Shown here piece by piece: positions 35,746 through 44,327 of a DNA stretch of 49,330 nt (positions within the stretch are counted from its first letter, which is position 1; every line of letters starts with the position of its first letter). Where the stretch lies: positions 1 through 49,330 of the forward strand of contig DAIRVV010000001.1 of assembly GCA_036802645.1 (NCBI GenBank), written 5' to 3'. The position numbers and the translations under genes are program-made. Origin of the DNA: Steroidobacteraceae bacterium. Its GTDB lineage: Bacteria > Pseudomonadota > Gammaproteobacteria > Steroidobacterales > Steroidobacteraceae. The notes beneath the pieces were generated by a model that ran no database searches, was not told the DNA's origin, and saw only the letters and a list, made by a program, of their open reading frames with translations.

Positions 35746-37136
35746 CGCGCGGACAAATAGTCCGTCATGGCGGCAGCATCCAGTGGCTTGCTGAAGAAAT
35801 AGCCCTGGGCAAAGCGGCAATTGAGCGCCTGCAAACGGCCCACCTGCTCCACCCGCTCGACGCCTTCTGCAACGACTTGCAGCTCCAGCGCCTGGCCGAT
35901 ACCGATGATGGCGCGCACCAGCGCCGCGCCCTGCTTACTCTCGGCGACGTGGTCCACGAATGACTTGTCGATCTTGAGCACCGATACCGGCAGCTTCTGC
36001 AGGTAGCTCAGCGACGAATAGCCGGTGCCGAAGTCATCGACGCTCATGCGCAGGCCGAGCGCGGTCAAATTCTCCATGGCGGCCAGCGACGACTCGACGT
36101 CGTGCATGATGCTGGTCTCGGTCAGCTCCAGCACGAGCCGATCAGCCGGCAGCCCGGACTTGCCCAGTGCGCCGAGTACTTGCGCGCTGGCCTCGGGGTC
36201 ATGCAGTTGGCGCGGGGACAGGTTGACGTGCAGCTTCAATTCTTCGTGCCTCGAAGCTCCACCCTGCCATTCACGGAACTGCCGGCAGCTCTCCTCCAGA
36301 ACCCACCAGCCGAGCGGCACGATCATCCCGGTCTCCTCGGCGAGCGGGATGAACTCACCCGGCGCGACAACTGCGCCGTCCGGCCGGCGCCATCGGACCA
36401 GCGCCTCCATGCCGGCGATGCGTCCGCCCGGCAGTTCGACAACCGGCTGGTAGTGCAGGATGAATTCGCGCTCCGTGAGCGCCCGCTGGAGCGCCGACTT
36501 CATTTCCAGTCGCAACACCATCGCGGCATGCATGCCGGTCTCGAAAACCGCGTGTCCGCTCTTGCCTTCGCGCTTGGCGGCATACATTGCCATGTCCGCC
36601 CGGCGCAGCATGTCGCTCGGAGAATCGATGTTGCCCTGGCTCAATGCGAGCCCAAAGCTGCCACTGATCTGGCGCGGCAGGCCCTGGATCAGAATAGGCG
36701 GCTCGAGCGCCCGCCTGATTCGCTCGATGACCAGCTCCCTGCCGGCCTTGTCGACGCTCTCGATCAACAGGGCGAACTCGTCGCCGCCGAGGCGTGCAAC
36801 CGTGTCCACCGAGCGCACCGCATCGACGAGCCGCTTTGCAACGGCGCACAGGAGCTCATCGCCCACTTCGTGGCCGTAACTGTCGTTGATTTCCTTGAAC
36901 CCGTCGAGATCCAGCACGATGGTCGCGAACGGCATGCGGTGCCGTCCGGTTTCCGAGAGGGCATGCTGCAGGCGGTCGAGTAGCAGCGCCCGGTTCGCAA
37001 GCCCGGTCAGGGGATCATGCAGGGCGTCCCGCGTGAATCTCTCCGCGATTTCTTCCGCCTGCAGGCGGGCCTTTCGCTCCCGCTCGTATTTGCGCCGCCA
37101 CCGGCCGATATCCACCGGGCTGGATTCGCCCATCAT
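35742..37136 (-). CDS. Bifunctional-type GGDEF-EAL protein (diguanylate cyclase / c-di-GMP phosphodiesterase)
   Basis: It has DPLTGLANR and RLGGDEFALL (GGDEF), then YQPVV....G.I.G.EALVRW and DDFGTGYSSL (EAL). ATG 37136 overlaps the H-NOX gene stop (ATGA). Confidence 0.9.
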   Translation of the reverse strand: MMGESSPVDIGRWRRKYERERKARLQAEEIAERFTRDALHDPLTGLANRALLLDRLQHALSETGRHRMPFATIVLDLDGFKEINDSYGHEVGDELLCAVAKRLVDAVRSVDTVARLGGDEFALLIESVDKAGRELVIERIRRALEPPILIQGLPRQISGSFGLALSQGNIDSPSDMLRRADMAMYAAKREGKSGHAVFETGMHAAMVLRLEMKSALQRALTEREFILHYQPVVELPGGRIAGMEALVRWRRPDGAVVAPGEFIPLAEETGMIVPLGWWVLEESCRQFREWQGGASRHEELKLHVNLSPRQLHDPEASAQVLGALGKSGLPADRLVLELTETSIMHDVESSLAAMENLTALGLRMSVDDFGTGYSSLSYLQKLPVSVLKIDKSFVDHVAESKQGAALVRAIIGIGQALELQVVAEGVERVEQVGRLQALNCRFAQGYFFSKPLDAAAMTDYLSAR

Positions 37137-37693
37137 CGGGCTCGCCTGGCAAAGCGGCACACGAGCGCGCATTCGCCGGCGCCATGCAGCGCGCAGGTCG
37201 ACTGCTCAATCGTCACTTGCTCGCCGAACTGTTCCGAGGCGCCGACAATGAATCCTTCCGCGAGCTGACAGAGCCGCCGCTTCGAGCGGTAGTGAATGAT
37301 GAGCGTGTCGTGCGCACCGGCACCGTCCGGCGACTCGAACTCGAAGACCGGGACATCAGCGCCGGGATAGAGCTTTCGCACCTCGGCGTGGATGACGTCG
37401 TTCAGAGACAACAGGAACGAGCGCAATCCCTTGTGCGGCGTGAAAAACTCGGGATAACGTTTTGCCAGGAACGGCATCGCTTGCTGCCCGAACCAGTTCA
37501 GGGTTTCGCGATCCGACCGCCCGATGCGCCGCGACAGGGCATCGAGCAGCCTCCCGAAGTCTTCGTCCGGATAGTTGCCGAGCGAGGTGTAAGCGCCGTC
37601 AGTGCCCGCGCTTTCGAGGATCGCGTCCCACTCCGCTTCGCCGATGTGGGCGGTGACGACTTCCTCGAGCAGGTTGAAAATGATTCCCTTCAT
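37133..37693 (-). CDS. hnoX: H-NOX (heme NO/O2-binding, HNOB) domain protein
   Basis: Counting from the start MKGIIFN, it has the proximal His at residue 102 (NDVIHAEV), Pro110, and Y135-x-S-x-R139 (HYRSKRR). It lies directly upstream of the GGDEF-EAL gene and is coupled to it. Confidence 0.85.
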   Translation of the reverse strand: MKGIIFNLLEEVVTAHIGEAEWDAILESAGTDGAYTSLGNYPDEDFGRLLDALSRRIGRSDRETLNWFGQQAMPFLAKRYPEFFTPHKGLRSFLLSLNDVIHAEVRKLYPGADVPVFEFESPDGAGAHDTLIIHYRSKRRLCQLAEGFIVGASEQFGEQVTIEQSTCALHGAGECALVCRFARRAR

Positions 37694-37760
37694 TTCGCGG
37701 CGATCCTGCACCGGCGACCGGGGAGCGTCAAGAACAGGTCTTGCAATAGACTGCGGCCAT

Positions 37761-38351
37761 ATGCCGCAGAAACCAGTCTATTTCGAGAGCGCCCTGGCGC
37801 TGCGGCGCTGGTTCGCAAGGAACGCCGCGACCGCGTCGGAGCTCGTCGTCGGCTACATGAAGAGAGGCACGGGCATCCCGAGCATCACCTGGCCCGAGTC
37901 GGTGGACGAAGCGCTCTGCGTCGGCTGGATCGATGGCGTACGGCATCGCATCGACGATGAGCGTTACCGGATCCGCTTCACGCCGCGAAGGAAAGGCTCC
38001 AACTGGAGCAAGATCAACGTCCGCCGGGTGGCCGAGCTCAAGAAGGCGGGCCGCATGAAATCCGCGGGGCTCAAGGCATTCGCGGAGCGAAACAAGGCGA
38101 GGACCGGCCTGGGATCGTACGAGCAGCGCACCAGGGCGAAGCTGTCGCCGCAGGACATCAAGACAATCAAGCGGCATGCCGCGGCGTGGAAGTACTACGC
38201 CGCTTTGCCGCCTGGCTACTTGCAACTGGTCAACTGGTGGATCACTTCGGCCAGGAAACCCGAGACACGCGCCCGACGGCTCAACACGCTCATCCACGCA
38301 TGCGCCGAGGGGCGGCGGCTCACCTGGGGATCGCGTATTCTGGACAAGTGA
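37761..38351 (+). CDS. YdeI/OmpD-associated family protein (full length)
   Basis: It has F.S...LR.W....H....EL.VG..K ... GWIDG ... and the C-terminal W.I.SAK..ETR..R. Confidence 0.78.
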   Translation: MPQKPVYFESALALRRWFARNAATASELVVGYMKRGTGIPSITWPESVDEALCVGWIDGVRHRIDDERYRIRFTPRRKGSNWSKINVRRVAELKKAGRMKSAGLKAFAERNKARTGLGSYEQRTRAKLSPQDIKTIKRHAAAWKYYAALPPGYLQLVNWWITSARKPETRARRLNTLIHACAEGRRLTWGSRILDK

Positions 38352-39682
38352 GCCAGGGCGGATCGTTCCAGTTCGACAAGGCTTCGCTCGGGCTGCTCCG
38401 TGAAGCGCTCGAGCGGATGGAAGGCGGCTTTTCCAACCTGCCGGACTTTGACCCGCCGCAGGCAGACCCGGCCGCGATGCGCGAGGTGCTGCTCGAAGTG
38501 GCCGAGCGGATGCACGACAACTACCCGTACTTCCACCCGCAGTACGCCGGGCAGATGCTGAAGCCGCCACACCCGGTGGCGCGCCTCGCCTACTCGCTCG
38601 CGTTGCACATCAATCCCAACAATCACGCGCTCGACGGCGGCCGCGCGAGCTCGCAGATGGAGAAGGAAGCGGTCGCCGAGATCGCGCGCATGTTCGGTTG
38701 GGAGACGCATCTCGGCCACCTGGCGAGCGGCGGCACGATGGCCAACCTCGAGGCACTCTGGATCGCGGGGCAGCTCCGGCCCGACGGCGTGATCCTCGCC
38801 TCGGACCAGGCGCACTACACGCATGGCCGGATCAGCGGCGTGCTGAAGCTGCCTTTCGAAAGCCTGCCGACGGACCGGTACGCCCGGATGGACATGAATG
38901 CACTGGAAGACCGATTGAAGCGCGGCGGCGTCGGCACCGTCGTCGCCACCCTCGGTACGACGGCGACCGGGTCCGTGGATCCGCTGCCTGCAATCCTCGA
39001 GCTGCGCGACCGCTACCGATTCAGGCTGCACGCGGACTGCGCTTACGGCGGCTATTACGTCCTCGCGTCCAGTCTCGCGACGCCGGCCCGCGCGGCATTC
39101 GACCGGCTTCGTGATGTCGATTCGATCGTCATCGATCCTCACAAGCATGGGTTGCAGCCGTATGGGTGCGGTTGCGTCCTGTTCCGCGATCCGGGCGTCG
39201 GCAGGTTCTACCGGCACGACTCGCCGTATACGTATTTCAGCTCGACGGAGCTGCACCTGGGTGAAATCAGCCTGGAATGCTCGCGCGCGGGCGCCGCTGC
39301 GGTCGCCTTGTGGGCGACACAGCGCTTGTTTCCGTTGAGTCACGGCGGAACTTTTGCGGCGATGCTTGACGAATGCCGCAGGACCGCCCTGAATCTTCAC
39401 GGCGATCTCGCCGAGGATCGCGGGTTCATTGCCACGTTTCCGCCCGAGCTCGACATCGTGGTCTGGGCCGTGAATGCGGACACGGTTCCCGGATCGTCGC
39501 AGGCTGCCCGCGCCTATTTTGCCGCCGCGGCCAGGAGCAATGTCCACCTGGCATTGGCGGAGCTGCCGACAAGGTATTTCTGGCCGGAACACGATGGCGG
39601 CAACGTCACCTGTCTTCGCAGCGTCATCATGAAAACCACCAACGCACTCGCCACCGAATCGATCAGGACGCTCCGGACCTAG
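38348..39682 (+). CDS. PLP-dependent group II decarboxylase family protein (second paralogue)
   Basis: It has SGGTMANLEALW and the PLP-lysine block DPHKHGLQPYGCG. GTG 38348 overlaps the upstream stop (GTGA). Confidence 0.78.
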   Translation: MSQGGSFQFDKASLGLLREALERMEGGFSNLPDFDPPQADPAAMREVLLEVAERMHDNYPYFHPQYAGQMLKPPHPVARLAYSLALHINPNNHALDGGRASSQMEKEAVAEIARMFGWETHLGHLASGGTMANLEALWIAGQLRPDGVILASDQAHYTHGRISGVLKLPFESLPTDRYARMDMNALEDRLKRGGVGTVVATLGTTATGSVDPLPAILELRDRYRFRLHADCAYGGYYVLASSLATPARAAFDRLRDVDSIVIDPHKHGLQPYGCGCVLFRDPGVGRFYRHDSPYTYFSSTELHLGEISLECSRAGAAAVALWATQRLFPLSHGGTFAAMLDECRRTALNLHGDLAEDRGFIATFPPELDIVVWAVNADTVPGSSQAARAYFAAAARSNVHLALAELPTRYFWPEHDGGNVTCLRSVIMKTTNALATESIRTLRT

Positions 39683-39692
39683 GCTCACACCG

Positions 39693-40502
39693 TTGGAACG
39701 CAATAGGAACTTTCCAAAATTCTGGCAGGCGATTGCCGTCGTCGTTGCGCTCATACTTCTCGAAGTACTTGCTGGCGGTCTGCTCGAGCTCGCCGGGGTG
39801 AATTTCACTTCAGGCGATCCGCGCGGTTCGGTGGTCACCGTGCTGGCCGCAGGCATCCTGCTGTCATTGCTGCTCGCCTACAAGGGGCTCAACTACCGTC
39901 AATTGTTCAATCCGGGAGGCCAGCCGGCCGCCACGATCGTCGCTCCGATCCTGCCGGCGCTCCTGATCCTCTGCCTTGGCCTGTTCATCGTGTCGCTGGA
40001 GCTTGCCAACCTGGTATTCCGCCTGCTTCCGATGTCGGGCGGGCAAGAGAGCTCCATGACCGAGCTGCTGTCGGGCGGCCTCGTGTCCTTCATCACGCTC
40101 TGCCTCATCGCGCCCCCCATCGAGGAAATGCTGTTCCGCGGCGTCTTCCTTCGCGGCTTCCTGAACAACTACGCACCCTGGCGGGCGATCGCGCTCTCGG
40201 CCCTGGTGTTCGGCCTCGCGCACTTCTATCTCAACCACATCATCGTCGCCACGGTCATCGGCGCCGTTCTTGGCTGGCTGTACTACACCACGCGCTCGCT
40301 CTGGCCATCCGTCATCGCCCACGCGATCCAGAATGGCAGCTCCCTGCTGTCGGTGGAATTCGAGACCGGGAACCTGAGCGGGATTGAACCCGCCCTGTTC
40401 CCGGCGACGTCGATCCCGGCAGTGCTGATTGGAATCGCCGCACTCGTCTACGGGCTCAGGCAGATTCGTTCAATCAGCAGCCGGGCCGAGCCCGCGGCCT
40501 AG
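39693..40502 (+). CDS. CPBP family intramembrane glutamic endopeptidase (CAAX protease/Abi)
   Basis: It has the EEMLFRG, FGLAH and HAIQN motifs in a polytopic membrane protein. The start codon is uncertain. Confidence 0.85.
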   Translation: MERNRNFPKFWQAIAVVVALILLEVLAGGLLELAGVNFTSGDPRGSVVTVLAAGILLSLLLAYKGLNYRQLFNPGGQPAATIVAPILPALLILCLGLFIVSLELANLVFRLLPMSGGQESSMTELLSGGLVSFITLCLIAPPIEEMLFRGVFLRGFLNNYAPWRAIALSALVFGLAHFYLNHIIVATVIGAVLGWLYYTTRSLWPSVIAHAIQNGSSLLSVEFETGNLSGIEPALFPATSIPAVLIGIAALVYGLRQIRSISSRAEPAA

Positions 40503-40627
40503 AATCAGACGTTGCAACCGCGATGAACGCGCCAACCGCATTTTCAGTTGTCCAAAGCCCTCTGCTCATTTCGTATTACGGCTCTAAGATTATCCACTAG
40601 GGCGAATTGCCGAGGTAGTTAACTGCA

Positions 40628-41011
40628 ATGTGCGTTCACCCAACCATGCATTGCTCCTATATTTGTCGGCTTCGTGCGCTTGTCTTGCTGGTATTCGTCG
40701 TTTTGGCGATTGCTGGATGTTGGGACAAGGCCTCTGGACCGATATTGCGGAACGGACTCTCAGTTCCAATTCACATGGAAGTGACATTCTCTGACCTGCA
40801 GACCTTAATGGTCGAACTTGAACCAGGAGAGACGCTGGTTCAGCGGCCACCGGGGAGACAGCTGACAAATATTCTGATTTCAGGATTGGACGGTAAACCG
40901 ATATCACGTTTCAACGAGGCGGATATTCGCGCCGTTCTTCCGGGCCAAGGCGAAGATATAATCCTGACGATTTCGCAATCGGGGCTGCAAGTGACGACTC
41001 TAGAACGTTAA
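40628..41011 (+). CDS. Orphan putative lipoprotein in the AT-rich island
   Basis: It has the lipobox LAIAGC. Codons are rich in A/T at the third position, unlike the neighbours. I recognise no family. ATG 40646 is an alternative start. Confidence 0.4.
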   Translation: MCVHPTMHCSYICRLRALVLLVFVVLAIAGCWDKASGPILRNGLSVPIHMEVTFSDLQTLMVELEPGETLVQRPPGRQLTNILISGLDGKPISRFNEADIRAVLPGQGEDIILTISQSGLQVTTLER

Positions 41012-41180
41012 CTTTCTAGCTTGCGCTTTATTTGAATGTTTCTCGGCCGCACTGACTTGCTGATGCTGCCTGGCGACTTGAGTACCAGCCGATAGAAGTG
41101 GTCCCGCCAGTTGAAGCAACGGGATAAGTGGCGACCCCGCCTGATAGGACACTGTCGTCGTTCGCCAGTTACCGAACTAA

Positions 41181-42155
41181 CTAGAACTTCGGCAGCGCCA
41201 CCTCGTCGAATATCGCCTCGACCGTCGCTGCATCCTTCGCTTTCAGCGCCTGATCCACGACCTTGCGCTTCAGGTGCGGCGCGAACTGACACATGAACTC
41301 GTACATATAGGCCCGCAGCAGCCGGCCGCGCCGCACGCCGATCCAGGTGACGTACTCCGGGAACAGGCGGCTGCCGTCGATTGCAACGAGATCCGAATCT
41401 TCGCCTTCGCTGCGCGCGACACAGGCGACGATCCCGACCCCGAGGCCCAGCCGGACGTAGGTCTTGATGACATCGGAGTCGCGGGCGGTCAGGACGACGT
41501 TCATTTTCAGGCCGGCGCGCTCGAAAGTTTCCGCCAGCGACGAGCGCCCGGTGACGCTGAACACGTAAGTCACCACGGGATACTCGCTGATCTCCTTGAG
41601 CGTCGGCTGCGTCCTCCCGGCGAGCGGATGAGCTTTCGGCACGACGACGTCGAGATGCCAGCGATAGCACGGCATCAGGGCGAGGCTCGGAAACAGGTCA
41701 TGCGAGCCTGTCGCGATGGAGAAATCCACGCGGTCCTTCGCGGCGAGGTCGGCTATCTGCTCCGAGGTTCCCTGGTGCAGGTGCAGATCGACTTCCGGGT
41801 AGCTCGCGCGAAAACGCCGGATGACGTCCGGCAGGACGTAGCGCGCCTGCGTGTGGGTGGTCGCGATCGACATCGAGCCGCGCTTTTCATTCTGAAAGTC
41901 GGCTGACAGCCTCCGGATGTTGTCGACCTCTTCGATGACCCGCACGGCGTGCTCGACCACTTGCTCGCCCGCGGCCGTCAGCCGCGTCATGTTCCGGCCT
42001 TCGCGCTTGAATACCTGGAAGCCGAGCTCGTCCTCCAGCAGCTTGATCTGCTTGCTCACTCCGGGTTGAGAGGTATGGAGGACGCCGGCCGCGGCCGTGA
42101 CGTTGAGGCCCTGCTGCACGACTGCAACCAGGTAACGGAGTTGATGCAGTTTCAT
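41181..42155 (-). CDS. cysB: LysR-family transcriptional regulator, CysB-like
   Basis: MKLHQLRYLVAV...LNVT.AA..L.TSQPG.SKQI..LE.ELG..F.R.G is the CysB/Cbl-type HTH. It lies in the cys operon. The start overlaps the cysG stop (ATGA). Confidence 0.8.
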   Translation of the reverse strand: MKLHQLRYLVAVVQQGLNVTAAAGVLHTSQPGVSKQIKLLEDELGFQVFKREGRNMTRLTAAGEQVVEHAVRVIEEVDNIRRLSADFQNEKRGSMSIATTHTQARYVLPDVIRRFRASYPEVDLHLHQGTSEQIADLAAKDRVDFSIATGSHDLFPSLALMPCYRWHLDVVVPKAHPLAGRTQPTLKEISEYPVVTYVFSVTGRSSLAETFERAGLKMNVVLTARDSDVIKTYVRLGLGVGIVACVARSEGEDSDLVAIDGSRLFPEYVTWIGVRRGRLLRAYMYEFMCQFAPHLKRKVVDQALKAKDAATVEAIFDEVALPKF

Positions 42156-43582
42156 GCCCTGCCATATACAGCGACCCGCGCGGGTGGACAAGCATCGTTG
42201 ATCGGCTCGGAGCCGAACCAGGCGAGCCCGGTTGCGAATCCCGCCACCCGGCCGATGAACAGCATCGATGGCGATGCGATCGCATGCCGGCGGGCAGACT
42301 CCGGCAGCGCAGCTAGCTCTGTCACGACGACGCGCTGCTCCGGCTGTGTTCCGTCCTGCACGAATGCGGCGGGCGTCGACGGCGGCATGCCCGCCTCCAG
42401 CAACCGGTCACGAACGGTGTCCAGCTCGGCGACGCCCATGTAGATGGCAAGCGTCTGGTCCGGCCGCGCGAGTCCCTGCCAGTCCACGCGATCGAGGGAT
42501 TCCCGGCAATGAGCGGTGACGAGCTGAAGGCCATGCGAGTGATCGCGATGGGTCAGTGGAATCCCCGCATAAGCGGCGCAGGCGATCGCCGCCGTGACGC
42601 CTGGAACGACCTCATAGGCGATCCCGTTTTGCCTCAGGTATTCAAGCTCCTCTCCACCGCGCCCGAATATGAACGGGTCTCCGCCTTTCAGCCGCACGAC
42701 CATGCGGCCGCGGCGCGCGTGCGCTACGAGCAACTGGTTGATGCGTTCCTGCCTCGCGCCGTGACCACCCGGCTCCTTGCCGACGTCGATGACTTCCGCT
42801 TCACGGCGCGCCACCTCGAGGATTTCCGGAGTGACGAGACGATCCACGAGGATCACATCGGCCTGTTGCAGCGCACGCAGCGCGCGCAAGGTCAGGAGTC
42901 CAGGATCGCCGGGCCCTGCGCCAACCAACGTGACTTTGCCCGCACGAACGCCCGCGCCCGGTGCGAGCTGCCCCTCGATCAGCCGGTCCGCCAGCTTGTT
43001 TCGTCCCGCCCGCACTGCCGTCGCCACCGGCCCATCGAGCAGCCAGTCGTAGAATCCCCTGCGCTTCACGAGATCCGGGATGGCCGCGCGAACACGCCGG
43101 CGCCAGCGATCCGCGAAGACCGCGAGCAAGCCCCAGGACTCGTCGAGGAGCAGCTCGATTCGCGCGCGCAGGCGGGTCGCGAGCATCGGTGCCGCGCCGC
43201 CGCTCGAGATCGCGACGACGACCGGGGAGCGATCCACGATCGCGGGCACGATGAATGTCGAGAGCGTCGCATCGTCGACGACATTGACCGGTACGCCGGC
43301 CGCGCGCGCCGCCGCGGCGACCGCGGCGTTAATCGTTCGATCGCCGGTCGCCGCGATGATGAGACGCATGCCGCGCACATCCGTCGACTCGAAGCGCCGC
43401 GGTATCCAATCCATGCCCTGCGACACGCGAGTCTCGAGCGACGGCGAGATCTGCGGGGCGACGACGGTGATCGAAGCGCCGGCTGCGCGCAGCAGTGCCA
43501 TCTTGCGCGCCGCGACCTCGCCGCCGCCGACGATCAGGACCGGTGCGTCCTTCAGATCCAGGAATATCGGGAAATGCCGCAT
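42152..43582 (-). CDS. cysG: Siroheme synthase (uroporphyrinogen-III methyltransferase / precorrin-2 dehydrogenase / ferrochelatase)
   Basis: It has FPIFLDL......VGGG.VA.RK, then VGAGPGDP.LLT and GGDPFIFGRG. Confidence 0.92.
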   Translation of the reverse strand: MRHFPIFLDLKDAPVLIVGGGEVAARKMALLRAAGASITVVAPQISPSLETRVSQGMDWIPRRFESTDVRGMRLIIAATGDRTINAAVAAAARAAGVPVNVVDDATLSTFIVPAIVDRSPVVVAISSGGAAPMLATRLRARIELLLDESWGLLAVFADRWRRRVRAAIPDLVKRRGFYDWLLDGPVATAVRAGRNKLADRLIEGQLAPGAGVRAGKVTLVGAGPGDPGLLTLRALRALQQADVILVDRLVTPEILEVARREAEVIDVGKEPGGHGARQERINQLLVAHARRGRMVVRLKGGDPFIFGRGGEELEYLRQNGIAYEVVPGVTAAIACAAYAGIPLTHRDHSHGLQLVTAHCRESLDRVDWQGLARPDQTLAIYMGVAELDTVRDRLLEAGMPPSTPAAFVQDGTQPEQRVVVTELAALPESARRHAIASPSMLFIGRVAGFATGLAWFGSEPINDACPPARVAVYGRA

Positions 43583-43589
43583 GGCGAGC

Positions 43590-44327
43590 TCAGAGGCCGG
43601 AGCCGTTCTGTTCGTGCAGGCCGCACTCGCGCTTCAGCCCGAAGAAGCGGGTTGCATCGGCGTCGACCGCGTCCCGCAGCGACACAGTCGTGTGCCGGTC
43701 GCCGATCGACACATAGCCCTGCTCCCACAAGGGGTGATAGGGCAGATCGTGCTTCCTGAGATAGCGATAGACGTCGCGGTCCGACCAGTCGAAGATCGGA
43801 TGTACCTTGAAGCGCCCGGCGCCGGTGACCTGCACCGGTTCGATGGCGGCGCGACTCCCGGTCTGCTCGCGGCGGAGACCAGCGAACCAGGTGCCGGCAC
43901 GGAGCTCGCGCAGTGCCCGCTCCATCGGCTCAACCTTGTGAAGCAGGTTATAGCGCTCGATGCCATCGCGGCCCTGCTCCCAGAGCCTGCCATGACGTGC
44001 CTCCAGCCAGGCCGGCGACAAGGCGCTTCGATACACCTTGAGATTGAGATCGAATCGCTGACTGAGCTCGTCGACGAATCGGTATGTTTCGGCAAACAGA
44101 TAACCCGTGTCGATCAGGATCACCGGAACACGCGGCGCCACGCTAGTCACCAGGTGCAGGGACACCGCCGCCTGTGCGCCGAAACTGGACGACAGCACGT
44201 GCTGGCCCGGAAATACCTCGAGCGCGCGCGTCACGCGTTCCGCCGCCCGAAGCCCGCGAAACTCCGTGTTCATCGCGTCGAGATCGAGCAGCGGTTCGGC
44301 GCGAAGCGCGGCTTGCGGAGGCGTCAT
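43590..44327 (-). CDS. cysH: Phosphoadenosine phosphosulfate (PAPS) reductase
   Basis: It has SSFG.QA.V.LHL, IDTGY.F.ET and a C-terminal ECGLH. There is no CC...CxxC iron-sulfur motif, so it is the PAPS-reductase type. Confidence 0.88.
   Translation of the reverse strand: MTPPQAALRAEPLLDLDAMNTEFRGLRAAERVTRALEVFPGQHVLSSSFGAQAAVSLHLVTSVAPRVPVILIDTGYLFAETYRFVDELSQRFDLNLKVYRSALSPAWLEARHGRLWEQGRDGIERYNLLHKVEPMERALRELRAGTWFAGLRREQTGSRAAIEPVQVTGAGRFKVHPIFDWSDRDVYRYLRKHDLPYHPLWEQGYVSIGDRHTTVSLRDAVDADATRFFGLKRECGLHEQNGSGL

Noticed and set aside
41008-41670. 220-aa minus-strand ORF reaching from the AT-rich island into cysB.
   Set aside because: It is out of frame with, and mostly overlaps, the well-supported cysB coding sequence. 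The translation is Arg-rich with no domain.
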